A stretch of 32,769 bases of DNA from Nitrospinaceae bacterium (GTDB taxonomy: Bacteria; Nitrospinota; Nitrospinia; Nitrospinales; VA-1). Both the position numbers and the translations under genes were made by a program. The DNA lies in NCBI GenBank assembly GCA_046754465.1, contig JBHHVU010000035.1, positions 1-32,769 of the forward strand. Direction: 5' to 3'. The notes below the pieces were generated by a model. It was given only the letters and a program-made list of their open reading frames with translations, had not been told where the DNA came from and made no database searches. Positions 1 through 8,801 of the stretch are shown one piece after another (the first letter of the stretch is position 1; each line of letters begins with the position of its first letter).

Positions 1-78
1 CCACCGGAATCGTCAGACCCACCGGAATCGTCAGAGCCACCGGAATCGTCAGAGCCACCGGAATCGTCAGAGTCACCG
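1..78. repeat. 18-bp coding tandem repeat (CCACCGGAATCGTCAGAG)n encoding SDDSGG
   Basis: At least 4 near-identical units, continuing past the window edge. An adjacent 9-bp-period GNP x3 repeat lies at about 75-104. Confidence 0.95.
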
Positions 79-593
79 GGATTCCCAGGATTTCCAGGAT
101 TGCCCAGGCCGCTTAACGCATAATCCTGGGAAACTTCCGCGTAAAGGGTAATGGATTTGGATTGTTTATCCGTCCAGGAGGTAGTGGTATCCACCTGGTA
201 GAGATAATTTTTCCCCGGCACGGGATTGATCGTCCAGGCAACGGTATAATTGGCGTTACCGTTATCGGAATTTCCAGTGGCATCAACAGCCTTGCCGCCC
301 GGGTTGGCACTCCATGCACCCCCTGAATAGTCGGGTGAATCCATTCCCGCGGCGTTGGCCAGAGGGGTCGTTTTGGCTAGATTTTGAACAAACTCGATCC
401 GGTCCTGAGCCAGGGTGGTGGCGATACTGGTCTTTTTGCTGTCATCATTGTAGTCCATGATGGATCCCATCAAGACCCCCATTCCCAACAACCCAAGAGC
501 GAGCAATGCCACGGAAATAAGGACTTCGATGAGACTGAAGCCCTGGTTGGTTTCCCAAAAGCGTTTTAAAAGCGATTTGACACGAGTGGTCAC
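1..593 (-). CDS. Type IV prepilin-like (PilV-like minor pilin) with low-complexity C-terminal tail; 3' end truncated by window edge
   Basis: Manual translation from GTG at 593 (SD AAGGAGA 7 nt upstream): MTTRVKSLLKRFWETNQG|FSLIEVLISVALLALGLLGMG...SIATTLAQDRIE...YTVAWTI...SWTD...GNPGNPGNPGDSDDSGGSDDSGG. Class III signal G|F with E+5. The frame is open to position 1. Absent from the ORF track because there is no stop in the window. Confidence 0.88.
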   Translation of the reverse strand, partial: MTTRVKSLLKRFWETNQGFSLIEVLISVALLALGLLGMGVLMGSIMDYNDDSKKTSIATTLAQDRIEFVQNLAKTTPLANAAGMDSPDYSGGAWSANPGGKAVDATGNSDNGNANYTVAWTINPVPGKNYLYQVDTTTSWTDKQSKSITLYAEVSQDYALSGLGNPGNPGNPGDSDDSGGSDDSGGSDDSGGSDDSG

Positions 594-729
594 AACGATT
601 TCTCCTTAAAAGAAAACAATTCTTTGACCTTAAAAACTGGATCGGTTTCCATAAAATGTGCTATTGGCAAGGGAATTTTTATGGATTGTGACCGATTGAT
701 TATTTTTTTATTATTTCTTTCTTGTTGAT

Positions 730-745
730 AGCAATTACCAAGCCA
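730..745 (-). promoter_or_regulatory. Putative sigma54 (-24/-12) promoter for the pilin-like gene
   Basis: Minus strand TGGCTTGGTAATTGCT has exact GG-N10-GC spacing and lies about 135 nt upstream of the GTG in AT-rich DNA. Confidence 0.65.
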
Positions 746-1153
746 AATTTTCCTTCTTTGAAAATTTTTAAACGCTGTTACCAAAATCCTTTGTTTTTCC
801 ACGCTATTTTTGGCTTAAATTTCTCACGGCATGTTCCGGGGGGAAAAGAGAAACCTCAGAAGATTTTGGGCTTTATCCTTTTTTGTACTCGAGGGAAAAA
901 GATTAATGAATTTGTAATCACCTGTCTGGGGTAGAAAACGAGGGGGGATGTGAAGAGGAATGTTCGAGAAGGTGACACACCGGATCAAGAGAAGACCACC
1001 CGGGAGCAAACCCGGGACAGGCCTCTTTCGCGGTTACCCAGGAAACCCCAGGTCTTTTCTCCAGTGGGTCCCTGGCTGGAACCAGGGGACCCCTGGGGCA
1101 AGTCGTGTGTTGTTACTTTCCTCTCCCTGGAAATTTATTTTGCGCATCCCAAA

Positions 1154-2278
1154 TTACGGTAGTTCCGGGAGGGAGACGATAATCGGTTCCCCTTCCAGGG
1201 CCTTGAGAAATTCCACCAGGTCCTTCTTCTCCCGGGGGGTGAGACCGAGAGGGCTGATGAATGCGCTCTTGTTTTCCCGCGCGTCCCCACCCCGGTTATA
1301 GAATTCGATGACCTCTTCCAAGGTGGCTTCGCTGCCATCGTGCATGTAAGGCGCCGAGCGGGTGATGTGACGCAGCCCGGGTGTCTTGAAGGCGCCCTTG
1401 TCCGATTCGTCCTTGGTAACGTTGTAGCGGCCCAGGTCCTGCTTGAGGGGCCCATGTTGCCTGACACCGATGTTATGAAAATTACTGTCGGTAAAGGCCG
1501 GCCCATTGTGGCAGATGGCGCAGCGCCCCTTGCCGAAAAACACGTTCATGCCGCGGACGGCGGATTCGGACATGGCGGACTTATCTCCCCGATGGTATCT
1601 GTCATAAGGTGAATTGTTGGATACAATGGATCGCTCGAACGTCGCGATGGCCTTGGCCAGGGTCGTTTGGGTAATACCTTCCTTGGGGAAAACCTTCTTG
1701 AACCTTTCAACATATCCGGGGATGGCATGCAGCTCCCCAATGAGCTCTTCCATGTTTTGATTCATTTCCCCATGCGCTTGAATGGGTCCCAGGGCCTGTT
1801 CTTCGAGAGAGCGAGCCCTCCCATCCCAAAATTGCAAATCAAAATATCCGCTGTTGATGATGGTGGGTGAATTTCTTCCCAGTTCTTTTTGTCCGTTTCC
1901 GAAGGCGCGGGGAAGACCGTCGCTCCAGCCCAGTCCGGGATTGTGGCAGGTGCCGCAACTGATCCAGTTGCTCCCCGATAACCGGGGATCAAAATACAGC
2001 ATCTTTCCCAGCGCTTCCTTTTCCTGGGACCAGGGGTTGTCCGCCGGGTATTTCATCTTGGGAAGGGGTTGGTAGAAGGAATCCGCCGCCAGGGCGGATT
2101 GCGGAGCGAGCGTCGAAAACAGGGCCACCCATATCAGGGACAGGATCCCAGCCAGGACCCGGTGGAAGGGGAAAGGACCGGTTTTCAAATAGAATGCGTG
2201 CGGCTCCGCCGGGAATGGGGACCTTCCTTCCTCCCTGTCCTTTGGGTGTTTTGCAGTGATTCCCATGTCGATCACCAT
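1154..2278 (-). CDS. Periplasmic di-haem cytochrome c peroxidase/MauG-family protein
   Basis: Two CxxCH motifs (CGTCH, CAICH), LYFDPRLS, RNSPT, QFWDGRA..LEEQA..P....EM, FKTPGLR, PYMHDG. Hydrophobic signal ends ALA|A. SD AGGAGG upstream of the ATG. Confidence 0.93.
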   Translation of the reverse strand: MVIDMGITAKHPKDREEGRSPFPAEPHAFYLKTGPFPFHRVLAGILSLIWVALFSTLAPQSALAADSFYQPLPKMKYPADNPWSQEKEALGKMLYFDPRLSGSNWISCGTCHNPGLGWSDGLPRAFGNGQKELGRNSPTIINSGYFDLQFWDGRARSLEEQALGPIQAHGEMNQNMEELIGELHAIPGYVERFKKVFPKEGITQTTLAKAIATFERSIVSNNSPYDRYHRGDKSAMSESAVRGMNVFFGKGRCAICHNGPAFTDSNFHNIGVRQHGPLKQDLGRYNVTKDESDKGAFKTPGLRHITRSAPYMHDGSEATLEEVIEFYNRGGDARENKSAFISPLGLTPREKKDLVEFLKALEGEPIIVSLPELP

Positions 2279-2340
2279 TTTATACCTCCTTTAGATAAGG
2301 TGGGCTCTTATTGCGTCGGATTCATTATGTGTCTTTGTCA

Positions 2341-2370
2341 TTGATTTCTCAAATCAATTAAATTTATAAT
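2341..2370 (+). promoter_or_regulatory. Putative sigma70 promoter of oxyR (TTGATT-N18-TATAAT), overlapping inverted repeat ATTGATTT-ctc-AAATCAAT (2340-2358)
   Basis: -35 at 2341-2346, perfect TATAAT at 2365-2370, ATG at 2378, no SD in between. Confidence 0.65.
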
Positions 2371-2371
2371 T

Positions 2372-2390
2372 TAATAGATGAATACTATTA
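2372..2390. promoter_or_regulatory. OxyR/LysR-type operator TAATAG-N7-CTATTA spanning the oxyR start codon
   Basis: ATAG(2374-2377)-atgaata-CTAT(2385-2388) equals the OxyR ATAG-N7-CTAT dimer site. Confidence 0.7.
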
Positions 2391-3343
2391 CCCTCACGCA
2401 ACTGTCCTATGTCGTCGCGTTGGCCCGGACGCGGAATTTTGGCCGGGCCGCGAAAACCTGTTTTGTTTCTCAACCCACCCTGAGCATGCAGATTCAGAAA
2501 TTGGAGGATGAGTTGGACGTGATTCTTTTCGATCGATCCAGGAAACCCGTTGAACCGACGTTGATAGGACACAAGATTGTCAAGCAGGCCCAGGCCGTGC
2601 TTCGGGAGGCCCAAAGAATCGAGGAATTGATCAAGGCCGAGAAGGGTGAGATCGGCGGGGAATTCAAATTGGGGGTCATCCCCACCCTGGCGCCCTATTT
2701 GCTGCCGCTTTTCTTAAAAAGTTTTGTTAATCGTTTTCCTAAAATCGATTTGATCCTGGAAGAACTGCAAACGTGGCAGATTATGGAAAAATTAAGGAAT
2801 GATTCCCTGGATGCCGGAATTTTAGTGACACCCCTGCATGGCAGGGGAATCGTGGAGCGGCCTCTTTTTTACGAACCCTTTGTGATTTATTTGGCTCCCG
2901 GCCATCCCCTTCATTCGCTTCCTAAAATTTCGGAAAAGGACTTGAGTTTGGAGGATATCTGGTTGCTGAACGAGGGGCATTGCTTCAGAGAACAGGCGAT
3001 CGAACTTTGCAAAAAGGTTAAAAGCAGGAGATTCGAAGGGAAAAATTTGTTGTTCGAAAGCGGAAACCTGGAAACCCTGAAGCGCTTGGTCGATAAAAAA
3101 TTTGGCTACACCTTACTCCCCTGGTTAGCCGTGCTGGACATGCCGGCCAGGGAACGAAAAAGAAAACTCAAGTTTTTCAAGGCCCCCGTGCCCACCCGCG
3201 AAGTCAGTTTGGTTTACAGCCGGTCCTTCCTGAAGCGAAACATTATTGAAGCCCTGTTCAAGGCCATCGTTTCCTCCGTGCCCAGGGAGTTAAAAAATCG
3301 GCCCTTAAAATCCAGGGTGGTCGGGCTTTCCTCATTCAGTTAG
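2378..3343 (+). CDS. oxyR: Hydrogen peroxide-sensing LysR-family regulator OxyR
   Basis: LysR HTH (FGRAAKTCFVSQPTLSMQIQKLE), GVIPTLAPYLLP, and redox motif LLNEGHCFREQAIELC (two Cys 9 apart, as C199/C208). Confidence 0.93.
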   Translation: MNTITLTQLSYVVALARTRNFGRAAKTCFVSQPTLSMQIQKLEDELDVILFDRSRKPVEPTLIGHKIVKQAQAVLREAQRIEELIKAEKGEIGGEFKLGVIPTLAPYLLPLFLKSFVNRFPKIDLILEELQTWQIMEKLRNDSLDAGILVTPLHGRGIVERPLFYEPFVIYLAPGHPLHSLPKISEKDLSLEDIWLLNEGHCFREQAIELCKKVKSRRFEGKNLLFESGNLETLKRLVDKKFGYTLLPWLAVLDMPARERKRKLKFFKAPVPTREVSLVYSRSFLKRNIIEALFKAIVSSVPRELKNRPLKSRVVGLSSFS

Positions 3344-3684
3344 GTGAGGGGTTTGGGGGCAATGGAACCCAAAGGCGGCCCTGGAGGAGCCTCCCTTTGG
3401 ATCATTGACTCGCCCGGCGTCCCCGCGGGAGGCCTCTCGGCCGGTTGCCCGCTTTCCCCGCGAACAACTTCTTTCTTTAAGGATAAATATATGGCAAAAT
3501 GAAAATTGATGTCATCCGGCTTGGGATCCGTCCCGTCCCTGGCCGGGAAGGAATGAAGTCTCATTATTTTCCCGACCTTTTTCGGGGCCATTTTCCTTCT
3601 TTACATCAGTCTTGAATTTTCCTCGATGGATTTCCCGGGGAATCCTTGCCTCAAACCTTTTTTCCCTTCGGCTATTTCAGATAA

Positions 3685-5181
3685 GTGGCATCCCGCGAAA
3701 ACGGCATAAAGAAGGATTATATTCTCCTCCTACTGGTGGGTATCTGCCTGAGTATTGCCCAGTTCGTGATGATCCGGGATTTCGTCACCATTTTGTATGG
3801 GGAGGAAGTGGTCATCGTTCTTGTCACGGCGGCTTTTTTCTCCGGTTTGTCGCTGGGGTATTTATTGTCGCTGAAATTTTCGCGCAAGGTTTTCGAGATC
3901 TCCTTTCTGGTCAGTGTTTTTCTCCATTTGACCTTTCCCTTTTCCTACCGGTATCTGGCCGCCGGGATCAGTACGCTGGACAACGAGGGCGTGTGGTACA
4001 TGGTTCTCATGTTCGGGTATGCTTTCGTTTTCAGTTCCATTTTCGCCACGTTTCTTCCCCGCCTGGCCGCCCAAAATGATTCGGACATGTCCCCGGAGCA
4101 GCGCCTGAAAATCCTGTATTCGGTGGAACTTTTGGGGTTTGCCCTGGGATTCACCATCGTGGGCTGGAGTTGGAACCAACCCTTGAGTCATCTCCTCCCG
4201 GTGTACTGGTTCATTCTGGGGATCATCCTGCACCTCACCCTGAGGAAAAAAGCGGTTAGCGCGGCGTTTTTCCTGACCGTGTTCGTGGCGGTGACTTTTT
4301 TGGATCCGATGGATAAACAAAGCACCGCCATCCTCTACAAAATGAAACATGGGAAAAAGAACCCCCGCGTGTTGCTCTCCATCAATTCGGCGTATCAAAA
4401 GGTCGAGGTGATTGAGGACGCGCGCGGCAAACGCTATTTGTACCTCGATGGACTGCAAAACCTGAACGCGGGGGACTTGAAGGAATTGAATTATTATATC
4501 GCCGAGGTGCCGGCGAGCCTGGTCCGGCCCCGCAAGACGCTGCTGGTGGGTAACGGCACCCTGTCCTCCGTCCCCAAGGTGTACCCCTTTTCCGGGGATG
4601 TGGTTTCCGTGGAGCTGGATTCCGGTGTCCTGCTGGCGGGCCAGAAAGCATTCACCCCTCCCGAGAGCCTGGCCTCGCTGGACCGGTGGAGATTGATCGT
4701 GGACGATGGAAAACATTTTCTGCGTAGCAACCGGGAAACATTCGATCTGATCATCATGGATATTCCCTCGCCCCTGACGATTCAGGAAGCCCTCCTTCAT
4801 ACGGTGGAATTTTACGAATTGGCGAGCCGGCGGCTGAGCCCCGAGGGGGTGATCTCCATTCAGTTGAGTGGGCCCCTGGCCAGGAACAACCGGACCCCGG
4901 CCCGGGTGGTCGCGGCGTTGAATAAAGTTTTCCGGGAGGTGATGGTGATATACAGTAAAAAGGCGGATCGCGGGTTCGCATATGCCTCGAACCATTTGCC
5001 GTTTACCGAAGAACAGTGCCTTTCCGTCACCCGGGATCATGAAAAGCGTCTCAAGATAATTCCTCGCAACAAGGTTTCCTCCTACCTCAAGAAGGCGACA
5101 CCACTCGCCACGGACAACCTGGATTTGGTACTCCGCCGGGGATTGGAACGGTTTCTAGACAGGTATTTCGATTATGATTAA
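3685..5181 (+). CDS. Membrane-fused spermidine synthase-like (class I SAM/dcSAM fold) protein
   Basis: About 7 N-terminal TM segments, then SAYQKVEV, LYLDG, LLVGNG, VVSVELD, DDGKHFL, FDLIIMD, EFY....RRLSPEG. GTG start uncertain. Confidence 0.8.
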   Translation: MASRENGIKKDYILLLLVGICLSIAQFVMIRDFVTILYGEEVVIVLVTAAFFSGLSLGYLLSLKFSRKVFEISFLVSVFLHLTFPFSYRYLAAGISTLDNEGVWYMVLMFGYAFVFSSIFATFLPRLAAQNDSDMSPEQRLKILYSVELLGFALGFTIVGWSWNQPLSHLLPVYWFILGIILHLTLRKKAVSAAFFLTVFVAVTFLDPMDKQSTAILYKMKHGKKNPRVLLSINSAYQKVEVIEDARGKRYLYLDGLQNLNAGDLKELNYYIAEVPASLVRPRKTLLVGNGTLSSVPKVYPFSGDVVSVELDSGVLLAGQKAFTPPESLASLDRWRLIVDDGKHFLRSNRETFDLIIMDIPSPLTIQEALLHTVEFYELASRRLSPEGVISIQLSGPLARNNRTPARVVAALNKVFREVMVIYSKKADRGFAYASNHLPFTEEQCLSVTRDHEKRLKIIPRNKVSSYLKKATPLATDNLDLVLRRGLERFLDRYFDYD

Positions 5182-5713
5182 ATTGCCCGTTTTCGCGTTT
5201 TTGACAGGATTGTATTTTGCCATTTTGCAGTTCTGTTATTTGATCCTTCTCCAAGTGAATATTTCCTCCGCTTATCTCACCTACATGATCATCGTGGTTT
5301 CCTGGTTCGCCGGGTCCCTGGTCGGGTTGTGGCTGAAAAATTTAAACGTCCCTTTGGGCGTGATCCTTGGTCTGTTGAGTTATTACGGGGTGTACGGGCT
5401 GGTGGTGAAATGGCCTTTTTCCAGTTTCACATTGTTTTTGGCGTCTTTTGGGGTGTTTGTCACCGGGTTGTGGGCGGGAAGGTTTTTTGTCTTTATCCTG
5501 TCGGGATTCAAAACGGTGGACCGTTTGTTTTTCCATGAAAATAACGGTTTCCTTCTGGGCATCCTCCTCTTTTTCGTCGGTTTTACCCTGTTGGGACGCG
5601 AATTTTCCCTGTGGGCTCCCATCCTGCTGGGGTCCTCCCTCCTGGTTTTCAACGGCTGGATTCCCGATAGGAAATCCGCCCCCGCCACGCAGGAGGGAAA
5701 TAGGTCAATCTAA
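5174..5713 (+). CDS. Small polytopic membrane protein, translationally coupled to the upstream gene
   Basis: 8-nt overlap with the upstream ORF. About 6 hydrophobic segments resembling the extra TM module of fused spermidine-synthase-like proteins. Confidence 0.75.
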   Translation: MIKLPVFAFLTGLYFAILQFCYLILLQVNISSAYLTYMIIVVSWFAGSLVGLWLKNLNVPLGVILGLLSYYGVYGLVVKWPFSSFTLFLASFGVFVTGLWAGRFFVFILSGFKTVDRLFFHENNGFLLGILLFFVGFTLLGREFSLWAPILLGSSLLVFNGWIPDRKSAPATQEGNRSI

Positions 5714-6789
5714 TCTTCTTCCAGGGCCTGTCGTATCAGGTGTTCCGGAACGTCATCCACGATTTCTATGGAACCGATGTCCTTAACGAGAATGAAGCGG
5801 ATTTTGTTGTGGGCGGTCTTTTTGTCCAGGTACATGGACTGGATGATGTCGCCGGGATCCAGGGGGGGCAGACGGGTGGGGAGGCCGAAGGTTTCCACCA
5901 GGGCGGCGATGCGCCGGGGAATTTCTGGGCCGCAGTGACCGGTGATCCGTGACAACAGCGCGGCGTGCACCATGCCGATGGCGACCGCCTCCCCATGGAT
6001 CAGCGAGGTATAGCCCGTCAGCGATTCGAGGGCATGCCCGATGGTGTGGCCAAAGTTGAGCACCATCCGGTAACGGCTTTCGCGTTCGTCCTTTTCCACC
6101 ACACTCGCCTTGATGGCGCAGGAAGCCGCGATGATGTGTTGAAGGCTTTCGGTTTCCTGTTCAAGAATTTGGCGGAAGTGGGTTTCCAGGTAATCGAACA
6201 GGCCGGGGTCTTCGATGATGCCGTGTTTGATTATCTCCGCCATTCCGGCGCGGAATTCCTTTTGCGGGAGGGTGCGCAGGGTTTCGAGATCGATGATAAC
6301 GAGCCGGGGTTGGTAAAACGCCCCGATCATGTTTTTCCCCCGGGGATGGTTGACCGCGGTCTTGCCCCCCACGCTGCTGTCCACCTGCGCCAAAAGGGAT
6401 GTGGGTATTTGCAGGAAAGGGATCCCCCGGACATAGGTGGCGGCGATAAACCCGGTAAGGTCCCCGATCACACCGCCTCCCAGGGCCACCAGAAGGGTTT
6501 GCCGGTCGCATTTCCATTCGAGCAGGCGGTCGTAGATTTTTTCGGCCTGCTGGAGGGATTTGGAAGACTCGCCTTCGGGAACTTCGATCACCTCGGTGGG
6601 CGTGCCGCCTTGCGCCAGGTTGGCGGCCAGGGTTTCGCCGTAAAGACGGTGGAGAGAAGGGTGGGTGACGATGACCACCCGGCTGGGTTTTAAAATCTCC
6701 GATACAAATTCCCGGGTTCGTTCCAGAAGGTTGCGGCCGATCAGGATCTCATAACTTCTCTCGCCGAGGTCGATGTTCAACCGCTTCAT
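5710..6789 (-). CDS. aroB: 3-dehydroquinate synthase
   Basis: ALGGGVIGDLTGF, IPTSLLAQVDSSVGGKTAVN, KNMIGAFYQP, LNFGHTIGHALE, HGEAVAIGM. Confidence 0.97.
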   Translation of the reverse strand: MKRLNIDLGERSYEILIGRNLLERTREFVSEILKPSRVVIVTHPSLHRLYGETLAANLAQGGTPTEVIEVPEGESSKSLQQAEKIYDRLLEWKCDRQTLLVALGGGVIGDLTGFIAATYVRGIPFLQIPTSLLAQVDSSVGGKTAVNHPRGKNMIGAFYQPRLVIIDLETLRTLPQKEFRAGMAEIIKHGIIEDPGLFDYLETHFRQILEQETESLQHIIAASCAIKASVVEKDERESRYRMVLNFGHTIGHALESLTGYTSLIHGEAVAIGMVHAALLSRITGHCGPEIPRRIAALVETFGLPTRLPPLDPGDIIQSMYLDKKTAHNKIRFILVKDIGSIEIVDDVPEHLIRQALEED

Positions 6790-8792
6790 AATTTTCTGGA
6801 TGCTTCATTGGAAATCACGGTGGGGGTGATAAAGATCAAAAGTTCGTCCACGTCATCGGCATCGTCAAAATTCCTGAATAGCACGCCCAGGCCGGGAATT
6901 TTTGAGAGGAAGGGCACGCCTTCCTTGTTTCTTTTTATCGTGCTTTCATAGATGCCGCCAAGAACCGTGGTATCGCCGTTGGCCACCAGAACCTCGGTAT
7001 GCGCCTCCTTGGTGGTGATCTCCGGGAATCCCGCCACGATGACCGAGGGGTTCGCGGAATTCTTGGTGGCGTCGATGACCATATAGATGTAATCGTCGGA
7101 GGTGATGTGCGGCGTCACCGTCAGGCTGAGTTCGAAATCGATAAATTGAATGACGGTTCCATTCTGCGAAACGGTCGAAAAGGGAATGGAACGCCCGCTT
7201 TTGATCCGCGCTTCTTTATTATCGAGCGTGGTGACCTTGGGACTGGAAAGGATACGTGCATCTCCCTGCTTTTCCAGGGCGGTCAACTGGATGTCCAGAT
7301 TCACGCCCTTCGCCAACCCTCCCAGCCCCAACAGGAATCCGGAAGTGGCTCCGCTGGAGAGGGCCGATCCGCCGGGAAGCAGATCGACCAGAAACGGGGA
7401 ATTCGCGCCGGAGGGCGAGGCGAGCTTGGACACGCTACGGCCGCCGCCGCCCGTATCGAGATCTCCCGTCAATCCCCACTGGACCCCGAGTTGCTGCGTG
7501 ACTTTTTTGTTGACCTCGACGATCCGCGCCTCGATCATCACCTGTGGAGTCTGGACATCGAGGACCCGGATCAGGTTGAGCATGTCGGTTACATTCTCGC
7601 GGATGTCGGTAAGGATCAGGGTATTGGTCCTGCTGTCCAGGGTGATCTTGCCACGCTCGGTTTTCAGCGTTTCCAGGTTTTTGGCAACTTCCTTGATATC
7701 CGCGTAATTCAATCGAGACACTTCGGTGACCAGTTCCGCGGCCAGCTTTTCGGTGATTTTCTTCTGGCGTTTTCTCTTGTTATCCTCGACCTTATGATCT
7801 TCTTCGTTCGCCAGTGTTCTCAGGGATGCGACCCGGATGATATTTTTCCCCAGGCACTTTCGGCCCAGGGAGCTGTTGGCCAGAATAATCTCGAAGGCCT
7901 CGTTCCAGGGAACGTCGAGCAATCTCATATTGACCATTCCATTGACTTCGGGGGAGATGATCAGATTGAATCCACTGATCTCCGAGAATATGCGGAAAAG
8001 GTTTCTTACGTTGGCATCCTGAAAATCCAGGGAAATTTTTTCCTTTTTCCCGCCCAGGAGAGGTTCACAGGGATCCTTTTCGATTTTGGCCAGTTTCTCT
8101 TTACTTTGCGCCACTTTTTTTTGAGTGGGGGGTTTGGTTTTGGGCTTCATCTTTTGCTCGGCGGCGGATTTCGGACTCGTGGGCAGAGCGGGGGGGATTT
8201 CCGCGGCCGCCTCCCGCACGCGGATGACCAGCCGGTTTTTAATCGGTTTTTGGATATCGTATCCCGCCGCTCTATTCAAGCCGATCTCCAACCGCAGCAC
8301 TTTTGCCTCGTCAAAATAAAGAGGACGAATTTTGTCCACCACCCCCTTATTCACTTCGATGGGATCTTTCAGGAAACCCCGGCCCATTTTGGGAAAATCC
8401 AGAACCAGCCGGAGGGGGTTCAGAAGTTTGAAGGCGGTATACTGGATCGCCTGGGTCGATTCGATCGTGATGATGGCTTCGCCGGTACCGCTTTCCTCCG
8501 TGGTCAATTGGCTGATTTCCGGTGTTGCCATGGACCCGGCCGGTTCGGCGGACGGATTATCCAGGTTCTGTACCAGAAGAATCTCCTCCGCGCCCGGAGT
8601 TGGAGGCCGGTGACTCTGTTGGAGAGGGTTGTCGAACTGTATCCCGGCAAGGACCCGGTCTCCTGAAATTTCAGGGACCACCATCCTGGGGCTGGCCGAT
8701 TTATAGCCAAAAGCGGGTGATCCCACACCTCCAACGATCCACAGAACCGTTGCCCCTATAAGCGAGAATGTTCGAAAGGTTTTAGTATTCAC
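6786..8792 (-). CDS. pilQ: Type IV pilus secretin with AMIN domain
   Basis: AMIN (FKLLNPLRLVLDF), ISLDFQDANVR, VPWNEAF, QVMIEARIVEV, LSSPKVTTLDN, VPFLSKIPGLG, ELLIFITP. Last pil gene of the operon. Confidence 0.95.
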   Translation of the reverse strand: MNTKTFRTFSLIGATVLWIVGGVGSPAFGYKSASPRMVVPEISGDRVLAGIQFDNPLQQSHRPPTPGAEEILLVQNLDNPSAEPAGSMATPEISQLTTEESGTGEAIITIESTQAIQYTAFKLLNPLRLVLDFPKMGRGFLKDPIEVNKGVVDKIRPLYFDEAKVLRLEIGLNRAAGYDIQKPIKNRLVIRVREAAAEIPPALPTSPKSAAEQKMKPKTKPPTQKKVAQSKEKLAKIEKDPCEPLLGGKKEKISLDFQDANVRNLFRIFSEISGFNLIISPEVNGMVNMRLLDVPWNEAFEIILANSSLGRKCLGKNIIRVASLRTLANEEDHKVEDNKRKRQKKITEKLAAELVTEVSRLNYADIKEVAKNLETLKTERGKITLDSRTNTLILTDIRENVTDMLNLIRVLDVQTPQVMIEARIVEVNKKVTQQLGVQWGLTGDLDTGGGGRSVSKLASPSGANSPFLVDLLPGGSALSSGATSGFLLGLGGLAKGVNLDIQLTALEKQGDARILSSPKVTTLDNKEARIKSGRSIPFSTVSQNGTVIQFIDFELSLTVTPHITSDDYIYMVIDATKNSANPSVIVAGFPEITTKEAHTEVLVANGDTTVLGGIYESTIKRNKEGVPFLSKIPGLGVLFRNFDDADDVDELLIFITPTVISNEASRKL

Positions 8793-8801
8793 GGTGACTC
8801 C

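Noticed and set aside
1..78. Possible CRISPR array
   Set aside because: The units are contiguous 18-mers with no spacers and are in frame within the pilin-like ORF.
1066..1092. GC hairpin GGGTCCCTGG-N6-CCAGGGGACCC downstream of the peroxidase gene as terminator or ncRNA
   Set aside because: No U-tract on the relevant strand and no recognisable RNA family.
5710..6800. aroK missing between pilQ and aroB
   Set aside because: A minor gene-order variant. pilQ and aroB overlap cleanly with no remnant.
6999..8666. 555-aa plus-strand ORF (also 3862-5040 and 20360-21307)
   Set aside because: Antisense shadows of real genes caused by GC-rich codon bias; no motifs.
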